Below are positions 27,210 through 36,971 of a DNA stretch of 64,000 bases, one piece after another. Each line of letters begins with the position of its first letter. The first letter of the stretch is position 1. This DNA comes from Bryobacterales bacterium (GTDB taxonomy: Bacteria; Acidobacteriota; Terriglobia; Bryobacterales; UBA6623): assembly GCA_026713545.1 (NCBI GenBank), contig JAPOOG010000065.1, positions 8 through 64,007 of the forward strand, written 5' to 3'. Position numbers and translations under genes: made by a program. Below the pieces are notes generated by a model that saw nothing but the letters and a program-made list of their open reading frames with translations, was not told the DNA's origin and ran no database searches.

Positions 27210-28343
27210 ATGTTTTTTCACCTCTTCTTCGAGCAGCTTTTTCCGTATTTCAGTCCGTTCCGCGTCTTCAGCTACATCACGTTCCGTACGGCTGCTGCCA
27301 GCTTAATGGCGCTGGGGTTGGGCTTGATTCTGGGGCCCTGGTTGATCCGGCGGCTGCGACAGTTCCAGGTCAGCCAGCCGATTCGCGAGGACGGACCCAA
27401 ATCGCATTTGAACAAAGCTGGCACGCCGACGATGGGTGGGCTGCTTATCAACATCTCGATTCTGATGCCGACTCTGTTGTGGGCTGATCTTCGCAACGTC
27501 TACATCTGGGTTGCCCTGCTCGGGTTGGTCGGCTTCGGCGGCATCGGTTTTCTGGACGATTTCTTGAAGATTCGACGTGGGAAGAATCTAGGATTGTCCG
27601 CTCGGATGAAGCTGCTGATGCAAGTGGTTGTGACGCTTTTGATCGTCTGCATCCTGGCGTGGTTGCATGTCGGGGGCAGCTACGACACGCGGTTAATCCT
27701 TCCGTTTTTCAAAGGGGTGCAGCCGGAGTTAGTGATGCAATCCGCGCTGGAGCAGCCTTGGACGTATCCGCTGGCGTTTGTGGGCCTTTTTGTATTTCTG
27801 TTCGTGGTGTTGGCGGGATCGACGAATGCCGTGAATTTGACGGACGGGCTGGACGGGCTGGCGTCTGGTCTGATGGTGATCGCGTCAGGATCGTTTACGG
27901 TGCTGGCGTATCTCGCTGGACATCAAGAGTTTGCGAGGTATCTCGATATCGCGCCCGTGCCGCAGGCGGCGGAATTGACGATCTTCTGCGGATCGATGGT
28001 CGGCGCGAGTTTGGCGTTTCTCTGGTACAACGCGCATCCCGCCGAGATCTTCATGGGAGATGTCGGCTCGCTCGGTCTCGGTGGAGCGCTTGGAACCGTG
28101 TCGGTGTTGATTAAACAAGAGATCCTGTTGCTGTTCGTCGGAGGCGTGTTCGTCCTGGAGGCGCTGTCGGTGATCATTCAGGTCGTAAGCTTCAAGTTGT
28201 CCGGCCGCCGGATTTTCAAGATGGCGCCGCTGCATCATCATTTTGAGGCGCTCGGTTGGCCGGAGTCGAAGATCATCGCACGGTTCTGGATCCTGGGCCT
28301 GGTCTGGTCCCTGCTGGCGCTGAGCACGTTGAAACTGAGATGA
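27210..28343 (+). CDS. mraY: phospho-N-acetylmuramoyl-pentapeptide transferase
   Basis: 'GTPTMGG', 'NAVNLTDGLDGLA', 'PLHHHFE'; polytopic membrane protein. Confidence 0.95.
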   Translation: MFFHLFFEQLFPYFSPFRVFSYITFRTAAASLMALGLGLILGPWLIRRLRQFQVSQPIREDGPKSHLNKAGTPTMGGLLINISILMPTLLWADLRNVYIWVALLGLVGFGGIGFLDDFLKIRRGKNLGLSARMKLLMQVVVTLLIVCILAWLHVGGSYDTRLILPFFKGVQPELVMQSALEQPWTYPLAFVGLFVFLFVVLAGSTNAVNLTDGLDGLASGLMVIASGSFTVLAYLAGHQEFARYLDIAPVPQAAELTIFCGSMVGASLAFLWYNAHPAEIFMGDVGSLGLGGALGTVSVLIKQEILLLFVGGVFVLEALSVIIQVVSFKLSGRRIFKMAPLHHHFEALGWPESKIIARFWILGLVWSLLALSTLKLR

Positions 28344-29695
28344 GGTGGCAAGGGAAACGCGTGCTGGTTGTCGGACTCGGAGCATCAGGGAAAGCGGCAG
28401 CACACTTTGCGGCGGCACGGGGTGCCCATGTCACTGCGACGGACCGGCGCCCGCTGAGCGAGTTGAGTGAAGCAGCGGAAGAGATGGGAAAGCTGAACGT
28501 GCGACTCGAGTTGGGCGGACACTCCCAGAAGCTCTTTCTGGAACAGGACCTGATTGTGCCGTCGCCCGGAGTGCCTTGGAATTTACCGGAACTCGAGGCT
28601 GCTCGACGGACAGGCGTGGTCGTAGCAGGTGAGCTGGAGATTGCTTCGAGTGCTCTCAAGGGGACGGTGATCGGTGTGACCGGAACCAACGGCAAGACGA
28701 CCACTACCTCTTTGATCGGGCACATCATCGAGACGGCGGGCTTGCCGGTGGCCACAGGGGGTAACCTCGGAACGCCTGTGCTGGAGATGGTCGATGCGTC
28801 GAGTGACGAGCACTGGAATGTTTTGGAGCTTTCCAGTTTTCAGCTCGAGGCGACCGCGACGTTCCCTGTACACATCGCTGTGGTCTTGAACGTGACGCCG
28901 GATCACCTCGATCGGCATGGAACTCTCGAGGCCTACGCGAAGGCCAAGGGCAAGATCTTCCAAGCACAGACAGCCCGTGACCATGCGGTTTTGCACTTCG
29001 ACGATCCGGTCTGCCGTACCTTTGCGCTGCAAACAGCCGGGACCGTGAACTGGTTCAGCCGAAACGGGCGCAATGAACCCGGGGCGTGGGTCGAAAACGG
29101 GTGGGTCTTGTTGAACGGACACCCCGTCACTGCTCTTCCATTGCTCATCCCGGGTCACCACAACCTGGAGAACGCGCTGGCCGCAGTGACAGCCTCTTCT
29201 TTGGCCGGCATCGGGCTTGAGGCGATGGCCAAGGGGCTTCAGACGTTTAGAACAGCGGAACACCGGCTGGAATGCGTCGCGGAAATCAGTGGCGTTGCCT
29301 ACTACAACGACTCCAAGGCGACGAATGTGGACGCAGCGATCAAGGCGGTGGAAACGTTTGATCGAGGGTTGTGGGTCATCTTGGGTGGCAGTGAGAAAGG
29401 TTTTTCGTACACAGCACTCAGAAGGCCGTTGCGCGACCGGGCGCGCGGCGTGCTGCTAATCGGGGAATCCGCGTCGAGGATCGAGCTAGAGCTGAACGGA
29501 GCGGTACCGCTGATTCACGCCGGGACGCTGCTCGAGGCGATGCAGTATGCCCATCGTCATGCCGAGTCCGGCGACACGGTGCTGCTCTCTCCGGCCTGTG
29601 CGAGTTTCGACCAATTCAAAAACTACGGAGAGCGTGGCAGGCGGTTCAAGGAGATCGTAAGGGAACTGCGGGAGAAAGCAGAAGCGAGGCTCTGA
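28340..29695 (+). CDS. murD: UDP-MurNAc-L-Ala--D-Glu ligase
   Basis: ATG 28340 overlaps the mraY stop (ATGA). Motifs: 'VVGLGASGKAAA', 'GVTGTNGKTTTT', 'YNDSKATN'. Confidence 0.9.
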   Translation: MRWQGKRVLVVGLGASGKAAAHFAAARGAHVTATDRRPLSELSEAAEEMGKLNVRLELGGHSQKLFLEQDLIVPSPGVPWNLPELEAARRTGVVVAGELEIASSALKGTVIGVTGTNGKTTTTSLIGHIIETAGLPVATGGNLGTPVLEMVDASSDEHWNVLELSSFQLEATATFPVHIAVVLNVTPDHLDRHGTLEAYAKAKGKIFQAQTARDHAVLHFDDPVCRTFALQTAGTVNWFSRNGRNEPGAWVENGWVLLNGHPVTALPLLIPGHHNLENALAAVTASSLAGIGLEAMAKGLQTFRTAEHRLECVAEISGVAYYNDSKATNVDAAIKAVETFDRGLWVILGGSEKGFSYTALRRPLRDRARGVLLIGESASRIELELNGAVPLIHAGTLLEAMQYAHRHAESGDTVLLSPACASFDQFKNYGERGRRFKEIVRELREKAEARL

Positions 29696-29714
29696 GGAGA
29701 CAGTACGGAAGGAC

Positions 29715-30791
29715 ATGCCTAGATACCTACATTGCGATCGCGTCTTGTGCGGCACGGTGATTCTGTTGTCGTTTTTCGGGTTGGTCATGGTCTTTAGCGC
29801 CACTACGGGTGGCGAGGGCTCGTCGGCTCGATACGTGATCAAGCAGTCAATTGCGTTGGCGCTGGGCCTTGGCGCGATGCGGACGTTCATGTTTCTCGAC
29901 TACCGGCACTGGCGGCGTCCCCGCTTCGTCTTCCCCGTCATCGGCATTTCCGTGGCCCTGCTGGTTGTAGTGTTCTTCGGCGCGCAGACGGCCAACACGT
30001 ACCGTTTCCTGCGGTTTGGCGCTATCTCGTTTCAGCCCTCCGAGCTTGCCAAGATTGCCGTCATCGTATTCCTGGCCTTCTATTTGGACAAGCACGGCGA
30101 CAAACTGAACGAATGGCGTACGCTGCTGGGCAGTTCGGCGATTCTGGGCGTGTTCGGCCTGCTCGTGCTTGGTGGGCGGGATCTCGGCGGGACCATCATG
30201 CTAATCCTGATCGCCGCGGTGATGTTCTGGGTAGCGGGCCTGCGGATGAGCTATTTCGTGCAGGCATCATTGGTGGCCCTGCCGCTTCTGGCGATCGCCG
30301 TATGGTCGGAGCCTTACCGCATCGAGCGCCTGATGGTGTTCCTTAACCCGGAATCCGATCCGGCCAACTCTGGTTTTCAGATCATTCAATCTCAGATCGC
30401 GGTGGGTTCAGGCGGTCTGTTTGGACAGGGTTTGATGGAAGGCCGCCAGAAAATGCGGTTTCTTCCTTTAGTGCATACCGATTTTATCTACGCCTTGATT
30501 TGCGAGGAACTCGGCTTCATCGTCGCAACGTTGGTCGTAGTGGCTTTCGGCGTTCTGTTGTGGCGAGGCGTAGTCGTTGCGTTGCGCGCGCCGGACCGAT
30601 TCGGGATGTATCTGGCGATCGGCATTACAGCGATGATCGTTTGCCAGGCGATGGTGAACCTCGGCGTGGTGCTGGCGATGCTCCCGACCAAGGGCATGCC
30701 ACTGCCGTTTGTGAGCTACGGCGGTTCGTCGGTTGTCATGTCACTGGCGGCATCGGGCATTTTGTTAAGCGTCAGTCGGCATGCTGGGTAA
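29715..30791 (+). CDS. ftsW: SEDS-family peptidoglycan polymerase FtsW
   Basis: 'FQPSELAKIAVIVFLA', 'TDFIYALICEELGF', 'PTKGMPLPFVSYGGSS'. Confidence 0.9.
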   Translation: MPRYLHCDRVLCGTVILLSFFGLVMVFSATTGGEGSSARYVIKQSIALALGLGAMRTFMFLDYRHWRRPRFVFPVIGISVALLVVVFFGAQTANTYRFLRFGAISFQPSELAKIAVIVFLAFYLDKHGDKLNEWRTLLGSSAILGVFGLLVLGGRDLGGTIMLILIAAVMFWVAGLRMSYFVQASLVALPLLAIAVWSEPYRIERLMVFLNPESDPANSGFQIIQSQIAVGSGGLFGQGLMEGRQKMRFLPLVHTDFIYALICEELGFIVATLVVVAFGVLLWRGVVVALRAPDRFGMYLAIGITAMIVCQAMVNLGVVLAMLPTKGMPLPFVSYGGSSVVMSLAASGILLSVSRHAG

Positions 30792-30814
30792 TCGAGTGCC
30801 AAGCGAGTCAGTCG

Positions 30815-31909
30815 ATGAAACGTGCGACGTTCTTGATTGCAGCGGGCGGAACGGGCGGACATGTCCTGCCGGGTATCGAGGTCGCTCGCGAGTTACGCGC
30901 GCGGGGACACGAATGTGTGTTCGTAGGAACGAGCCGAGGTCAGGAAACCCGGCTTGTCCCGGCGGCCGGATTTGCGCTGGGATTGCTCGAAACGGGTGCG
31001 CTCAAGGGTTTGTCGCTGCTCAACCGTCTCAAGACTGTGGCAGGCCTGCCGGGGAGTCTGTTGCAAGCAAGCCGCGTGCTCGATCGATTGCGTCCCGGGG
31101 CGGTCCTCAGCATGGGCGGATACGCTTCGGGGCCGGTGATGTTGGTGGCGCGTATGGCAGAGATTCCAGTTGCGGTGCTCGAACCGAACGTGAATCCCGG
31201 ATTGGCGGTCCGCTGGGCCGCGCCGTTCGTGTCGCGCGGCTTGGTCGCGTTTCCGGAAACTCTTCCCTACTTCGCCAAAGGGCAGGCCGAGGTGATCGGC
31301 ATACCCATTCGGCGGGAGTTCTTCGATCTGCCCCGAAGAACTCGGCGCGAGCCGTTCGGCTTGTTGATCACAGGCGGCAGCCAGGGCGCTCATACCTTGA
31401 ATACCGCCGCCGTCGAAGCCTTGGCGCTCTGGAAAAAAAGGGGGAGGCTATCTGACTTGAAAATTTTTCACCAAACGGGAGAACGCGATCTCGAGACAGT
31501 GCGAGCGGCGTACGACGACTGCGAAGTGGACGCCGAGGTCGCACCCTTTTTTCGGGATATGCCGCGGATCTTCGGCGAAGTCGACCTCGTTATCTGCCGA
31601 GCCGGAGCCTCGGCAGTGGTTGAGCTGTGCGCCGCAGGCAAGGCCTCAATCCTGGTCCCGTATCCCTATGCCGCCGATCAGCATCAACTCTTGAACGCAC
31701 GCGCCCAGAGCGCTGCGGGAGCCGCGGTCCTTGTTGAAGATCGTGCAATGACAGGCGATCGACTCGTTCGGGACGTCGAGCAGCTTTGGGATCAACCCTC
31801 CACCCTTGCAAAAATGGAGGAATACTCCTGTGCCCGTGCAAGACCAGGGGCGGCCGAAAGAGCGGCACTACTGTTGGAGAGTCTGGCTGGCATTGCCGGG
31901 AAGGCCTAG
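30815..31909 (+). CDS. murG: undecaprenyl-PP-MurNAc-pentapeptide GlcNAc transferase
   Basis: ATG 30815. Motifs: 'AAGGTGGHVLPG', 'ITGGSQGA', 'CRAGASAVVE'. Confidence 0.9.
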   Translation: MKRATFLIAAGGTGGHVLPGIEVARELRARGHECVFVGTSRGQETRLVPAAGFALGLLETGALKGLSLLNRLKTVAGLPGSLLQASRVLDRLRPGAVLSMGGYASGPVMLVARMAEIPVAVLEPNVNPGLAVRWAAPFVSRGLVAFPETLPYFAKGQAEVIGIPIRREFFDLPRRTRREPFGLLITGGSQGAHTLNTAAVEALALWKKRGRLSDLKIFHQTGERDLETVRAAYDDCEVDAEVAPFFRDMPRIFGEVDLVICRAGASAVVELCAAGKASILVPYPYAADQHQLLNARAQSAAGAAVLVEDRAMTGDRLVRDVEQLWDQPSTLAKMEEYSCARARPGAAERAALLLESLAGIAGKA

Positions 31910-31921
31910 TTGGGAGGGTTC

Positions 31922-33346
31922 ATGTTCTTCGAGGAGATTGCTGTTACGCACCGCCACATGCACTTCGTTGGGATCGGTGGGATCGGCATGAGTGGACTGG
32001 CTGAGATTCTGCTGGACCTTGGGTACGAGGTCAGCGGTTCGGATTTGCGGTCTACGGACATTACGAAGCGTCTGGAATCACTAGGCGCGACGGTTTTTCA
32101 AGGCCACGACGCGGAGAACATCGGCACCGCTGACGCGGTCGTTGTGAGTGCAGCGATCCAGGAATCGAACCCGGAGTGGGCGGCAGCCGTTTCGGCGCGA
32201 ATTCCCATCATCCAGCGCGGTGAACTGCTCGCGGAATTGATGCGCTTGAAGTATGGGATCGCGATTACCGGCAGCCATGGCAAGACGACGACGACATCGA
32301 TGGCCGCCGCGATTCTCCATTCGGCGGGCAAAGATCCAACGGTCGTTGTCGGCGGTCGTGTCGACTCCATCGGGTCGAATGCGCGGCTCGGCAAGAGCGA
32401 CTTGCTGTTGGCTGAAGCAGATGAGAGCGACGGCTCCTTTCTGCGATTGGCTCCAATTTTGGCTGTGATCACAACATTGGATCAAGAGCACCTGGACCAC
32501 TACGGCACTTATGGAGCACTGGTTGACGGTTTTGTGGATTTCGCGAATAAGGTGCCCTTCTACGGCGCGGTGCTGCTGGGCATCGACGACCCGCAGGTGC
32601 GTTCAATTCTGCCTCGGATTCATAAGCCGATGCGCACCTACGGCACGACGCCCGACGCCGACCTGGTCGCGGGCTCGATCACTTGCGGGCATGACGGAAG
32701 CCGCTTCCGGCTGACATACCGCGGTGATGACCTCGGGTGGTTCCAGGTCAATAGCCTCGGCCGCCATAACGCCAGCAACGCGGTGGCCGCCGTTTTGGTG
32801 GGTTTGGAGCTAGGGCTGGAACCGGATGCGATCCGGAAAGGGCTACGTTCATTTACGGGTGTCGATCGGCGGTTCCAGACCCGCGGCACAGCGGGAGGCG
32901 TTACTGTAATCGATGATTACGGCCACCACCCGACGGAGATCGCGGCGACCCTGGCAGCGGCGAAGACATCGGCCTTCGAGCGAGTGCTTGTTGTCTTTCA
33001 ACCCCACCGTTATACGAGGACTGCCGCACTAATGGACGAGTTTGCGTGTTGTTTCAGCGAGTGTGAACGCCTCTTTGTGGTCGATATCTACAGTGCCAGC
33101 GAAGATCCGATCGAGGGTGTGAACTCGGAAGAGTTGGCGCGTCGGATTCAAGCCACTGGCCAGACGGCGGTCCAATACGTAGCTTCGATGGATGCAGCCA
33201 TAGAGGCAGCGGCCGCAGCCGCGCAAGAAGGAGACGTGATCGTGACTCTTGGCGCCGGAAACATCTCGCAGGCCGGGCCGCGACTGCTCGAAACGCTGGC
33301 AGCCGTTAAAGCGAAGGTACGAATCTCGAACGAGGGTCTCAGGTAA
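31922..33346 (+). CDS. murC: UDP-MurNAc--L-alanine ligase
   Basis: ATG 31922 follows GGGAGGG. Motifs: 'HFVGIGGIGMSGLAEIL', 'ITGSHGKTTTTSM', 'DDYGHHPTEI'. Confidence 0.9.
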   Translation: MFFEEIAVTHRHMHFVGIGGIGMSGLAEILLDLGYEVSGSDLRSTDITKRLESLGATVFQGHDAENIGTADAVVVSAAIQESNPEWAAAVSARIPIIQRGELLAELMRLKYGIAITGSHGKTTTTSMAAAILHSAGKDPTVVVGGRVDSIGSNARLGKSDLLLAEADESDGSFLRLAPILAVITTLDQEHLDHYGTYGALVDGFVDFANKVPFYGAVLLGIDDPQVRSILPRIHKPMRTYGTTPDADLVAGSITCGHDGSRFRLTYRGDDLGWFQVNSLGRHNASNAVAAVLVGLELGLEPDAIRKGLRSFTGVDRRFQTRGTAGGVTVIDDYGHHPTEIAATLAAAKTSAFERVLVVFQPHRYTRTAALMDEFACCFSECERLFVVDIYSASEDPIEGVNSEELARRIQATGQTAVQYVASMDAAIEAAAAAAQEGDVIVTLGAGNISQAGPRLLETLAAVKAKVRISNEGLR

Positions 33347-33364
33347 GGAGGCGAACGAGAACGA

Positions 33365-34222
33365 ATGCCCAAAAAAGCCAAACTGTCAAACCAGGGACAA
33401 GGGAGCGAGGAGTCCGCCTATCTACGCCGCACCAAGCCTGTGAACGTGCGGCGAGGGACGGCCGCGTGGGCGCGGCTGATTGCGCGATGGAGTGTTCAGG
33501 GACTCGTTGTGTTTGGCCTTGTCTTCGGGGCTCAGCATTCGATCGGCCGCTACGTCGAAGCTTCGCCTTCCTTCCGGTTTGGAGCCGTCGAGAACTGTTT
33601 GCGCGTCAGCGGACTGCGGTTCGTCGGTGAATCAGCGATACGACGAATCTTCGAATCCGAACAAGGACGGAGCATGGCGGCAATTCCGACGGAAACACTT
33701 CAAGTCAAGTTGCTGGCGATGCCATGGATCAAGCAAGCACGTGTTCTGCGCGTCTGGCCGAGCCAGATCTGGGTGCACGTCGAGGAGCGGCAACCGGTTG
33801 CCTGGGTGCGGAAAGTGGGTTCGGCGGATTTCACGAGCCCCCGGCTCGTGGATCGACACGGCGTCTTTCTCGATCCGACGAGAGATTTTGATCTCGAGCT
33901 GCCCGTCGTCTCGGGTCTCGACGACGGGATGTCAACTGCCGAGCGGCTCACCCGTATTGCTCTGCTGCAAGATCTTATGAAAGAGCTGGGTCCTGAGCGC
34001 GCCCAGGTGTCGGAGATCGACGTTGCTGACTCGTCCAACGCTCGTGTTCTCATCCTTTATGATGGTGATGTCGTTGAACTGCAATTGGGAGCCGCAAGGT
34101 TCCGTCACCGCTGGGAATTCTTTCACAAATACGTGCGAAGTTGGAAGAAAAAGTACGGCCGGATCGGGTCCGTCGATCTGCGCTTCCAGGGACAAGTGGC
34201 TGTCCGTCGAGTGGATTCCTGA
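33365..34222 (+). CDS. ftsQ: cell-division protein FtsQ (POTRA)
   Basis: Its position fits ftsQ. It has a single TM 'WSVQGLVVFGLVFGA' and a POTRA-like 'WIKQARVLRVWPSQIWVHVEERQPVA'. Confidence 0.75.
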   Translation: MPKKAKLSNQGQGSEESAYLRRTKPVNVRRGTAAWARLIARWSVQGLVVFGLVFGAQHSIGRYVEASPSFRFGAVENCLRVSGLRFVGESAIRRIFESEQGRSMAAIPTETLQVKLLAMPWIKQARVLRVWPSQIWVHVEERQPVAWVRKVGSADFTSPRLVDRHGVFLDPTRDFDLELPVVSGLDDGMSTAERLTRIALLQDLMKELGPERAQVSEIDVADSSNARVLILYDGDVVELQLGAARFRHRWEFFHKYVRSWKKKYGRIGSVDLRFQGQVAVRRVDS

Positions 34223-34225
34223 GGA

Positions 34226-35488
34226 ATGGCAAAGAGTAACGGCTATCTCGTTGGGCTGGACCTCGGGAGTTACCGTACGCGGTGTCTGGTGGCTGTCGAA
34301 GAGGATTCGCATCTGCGCTTCATCAGCCATGGATCGGCCCCTTCGCAAGGCTGGGCTCGAGGTGTGATTGCGGACCAGGAACCAGTGCTGGCCTCAGTTG
34401 AGGCTGCGATCGAAGAGGCGGAACGAAACGGCGGTTTGGTCATCGACGCGGCGGTTGTCGGCGTGGGGGGCGGTCACGTTAGCAGCAATGTTTGCCACAG
34501 TTACGTGAACTTGCCGGCCAGGGGGGCTGAGATTGGATCCGAGCACGTCGAAAACCTCTTCAAAGCAGCCTCGCAGGCTCCTCTCAGCGACGATCGGACC
34601 GTGGTACAGGTGGTGCCGCTGGAGTTCACTGTTGACCGGCAGGTCACGGTCAAGAATCCACGTGGTATGAAAGGACGGCGACTCGACGGCCATGCGCAAC
34701 TGGTGTCGGCTGCCGCGCACGCCCACGACAACATCCACTCGGTGGTGAACCGGGCCGGCATTGTCGTCGAGGAGACGGTGTTCGAGGCCTTTGCGGCCGC
34801 GCAAGCAGTGCTGGAAGAACAAGAGCGCGAACTAGGCGTCGCCGTGGCGGACATGGGCTCAGGGTCGGTTGATCTCGTGGTCTACCTCGAGAATAAGCTG
34901 CGGCTCGCGACCGGGGTCGCCGTCGGAGGGGATCATTTCATCAACGACGTTGCTGAAGTGCTGCACACTTCCCGAGCCGATGCGGAGATGCTGATCCAGC
35001 AATGCGGCTGCGCTGTGGTGGACGAAACCCCTTCGAACGTTTCGGTTGAAGTGCCGAGCTTGCTTGACGGTCAGCCCCAAACCTATCCGCGGCGTCTGCT
35101 GAATGGCATTCTTCAGGCTCGCGCCGAGGAATTGTTCAAGATGTTGAGAGAGGAACTCGGTCGTATCGGCGTTCAGGATCGGCTGATCGGCGGCCTGGTA
35201 TTGACAGGTGGGCTCGCCGCGCTCGCCGGTGGGTGTGACGCGGCCGAGGACGTATTGGATTGCAGCGCTCGCATTGGACTGCCCTTGCGCATGGAAGGTC
35301 TGCCGGAGGAACTCGATCAGCCGGGTTGGGCGACAGCCCTGGGCTTGGTACTCTACGGACAACGATTACGTCTTCACGGCAGGGGGCGCCGCGAGAAAGC
35401 TAGGGAGTGGCTGAAGGCAATCTTTCGATTGAGGGGTGGGGAGTATTCAAGGGAGCGGGGAACGACCCGATGGCAAATGAAGGCGTGA
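34226..35488 (+). CDS. ftsA: cell-division protein FtsA
   Basis: Actin-fold motifs '[14 protein letters not shown]', '[13 protein letters not shown]', 'LTGGLAAL', plus a C-terminal amphipathic 'WLKAIF'. Confidence 0.9.
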   Translation: MAKSNGYLVGLDLGSYRTRCLVAVEEDSHLRFISHGSAPSQGWARGVIADQEPVLASVEAAIEEAERNGGLVIDAAVVGVGGGHVSSNVCHSYVNLPARGAEIGSEHVENLFKAASQAPLSDDRTVVQVVPLEFTVDRQVTVKNPRGMKGRRLDGHAQLVSAAAHAHDNIHSVVNRAGIVVEETVFEAFAAAQAVLEEQERELGVAVADMGSGSVDLVVYLENKLRLATGVAVGGDHFINDVAEVLHTSRADAEMLIQQCGCAVVDETPSNVSVEVPSLLDGQPQTYPRRLLNGILQARAEELFKMLREELGRIGVQDRLIGGLVLTGGLAALAGGCDAAEDVLDCSARIGLPLRMEGLPEELDQPGWATALGLVLYGQRLRLHGRGRREKAREWLKAIFRLRGGEYSRERGTTRWQMKA

Positions 35489-36702
35489 AGTTTACGTTTG
35501 ACGAGAAAACAGGCTCCAACACACGCATCAGAGTGTTTGGTGTAGGAGGCGCAGGTTGCAATGCCGTCAACCGGATGATCGAGGCGGGCATCAAAGGCGT
35601 GACCTTTATCGCGGTCAATACTGATGAACAGGCGTTGCAGGCTTCGAATGCCGATATCAAATTACAGATAGGCGTTCGGTTGACGCGAGGGCGCGGAGCT
35701 GGTGCCGACCCGGAAGTGGGGCGCGCGGCGGCGCTCGAAGAAACGGAAAGGCTGATCGAGTTGCTGGAAGATACGGACATGGTGTTCGTCACCAGCGGGC
35801 TCGGTGGAGGGACAGGTACCGGGGCCGCTCCGATTGTCGCTTCGCTGGCGAGCGAATTGGGTGCTCTGACGGTCGCTGTGGTCACGAAGCCGTTCGCTTT
35901 CGAGGGCAGGCAGCGTATGGCCGTTGCCGATAAAGGCCTGGCCGAATTGGCAGAGGCCGTCGACACGATCATTACGATTCCCAACGAGCACTTGATAGAG
36001 GTTGTCGATCGCGGCACCAGTTTCTTCGAGGCATTCCGCATCGTCGACGATATTCTCCGGCAGGCCGTACAGGGCATCAGTGACATCATCATGATCCCGG
36101 GCATCATCAACCGTGACTTTTCTGATGTTCGGGCGATTATGCAAGGCATGGGAGACGCCGTGATGGGCACGGCTGTGGCGGAAGGAACGAACTCTGCGAT
36201 CGAGGCGGCGCGTAATGCCATGGCGAGCCCATTGCTCGAGGATGCCGGCATCTCAGGCGCTCGGGGGCTGCTGATCAGCATTACTGGGTCGTCGCAACTA
36301 GGGCTGCATGACGTGCATGAGGCGACGTCAGAGGTGCAGAAGATCGCTGATCCTGAGGCCAACATCATCTTCGGGGCTGTGCAGGATGAGTCGATGGGCG
36401 CCAAGGTTAAGATCACCGTCGTGGCGACAGGCTTCCGCAACGAGGGCATCGTTGAAGAACGCACGGCCACAGCGGAATCAGCGGCGGCCAGCGCCGAGAT
36501 TCGCCAGATGCTGCAACAGGCTGCGGCGGCGCGCGGCAGCATGAGTGCAGTCCCTGAACCCGAGGGAACCGAGCCGGAGCCGGATGAGTTTCCCCGAACG
36601 GAGTCCGCAGAGGGTCAGGCAGAGGAATCGACGCTGACGGAAACGGACCCCGATGATCTGGAGAAGCCTGCCTATCTTCGCCGGCAGATAGGGTTCGACT
36701 AA
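35470..36702 (+). CDS. ftsZ: cell-division GTPase FtsZ
   Basis: ATG 35470. '[15 protein letters not shown]' and the tubulin signature '[15 protein letters not shown]'. It overlaps the ftsA 3' end by 19 nt. Confidence 0.95.
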   Translation: MANEGVKFTFDEKTGSNTRIRVFGVGGAGCNAVNRMIEAGIKGVTFIAVNTDEQALQASNADIKLQIGVRLTRGRGAGADPEVGRAAALEETERLIELLEDTDMVFVTSGLGGGTGTGAAPIVASLASELGALTVAVVTKPFAFEGRQRMAVADKGLAELAEAVDTIITIPNEHLIEVVDRGTSFFEAFRIVDDILRQAVQGISDIIMIPGIINRDFSDVRAIMQGMGDAVMGTAVAEGTNSAIEAARNAMASPLLEDAGISGARGLLISITGSSQLGLHDVHEATSEVQKIADPEANIIFGAVQDESMGAKVKITVVATGFRNEGIVEERTATAESAAASAEIRQMLQQAAAARGSMSAVPEPEGTEPEPDEFPRTESAEGQAEESTLTETDPDDLEKPAYLRRQIGFD

Positions 36703-36971
36703 CGGGAGTACAACCCGACAACGGAGTTCTTTGCTCCTGGATGCGCTAGGGCGCGGGTTGACCCCAGGCCTCAACCTCCAGGCGAGTGACTTGCTTAAGC
36801 CGCCGTTCGTTTACCGCTGAGCTTTGAGTTTGAATCTCGGTTGATCTGCTCAGATGGCTCCTTTATGATAGTTTTTTTGCCGGTAGGACCACTGGGTTCG
36901 GGGGGCCTCGTTAGCCCGTTCCCCTTTCTGTTTCGAAGCGTGATTAAATTTTCGCCCATACGGGCATCGAG

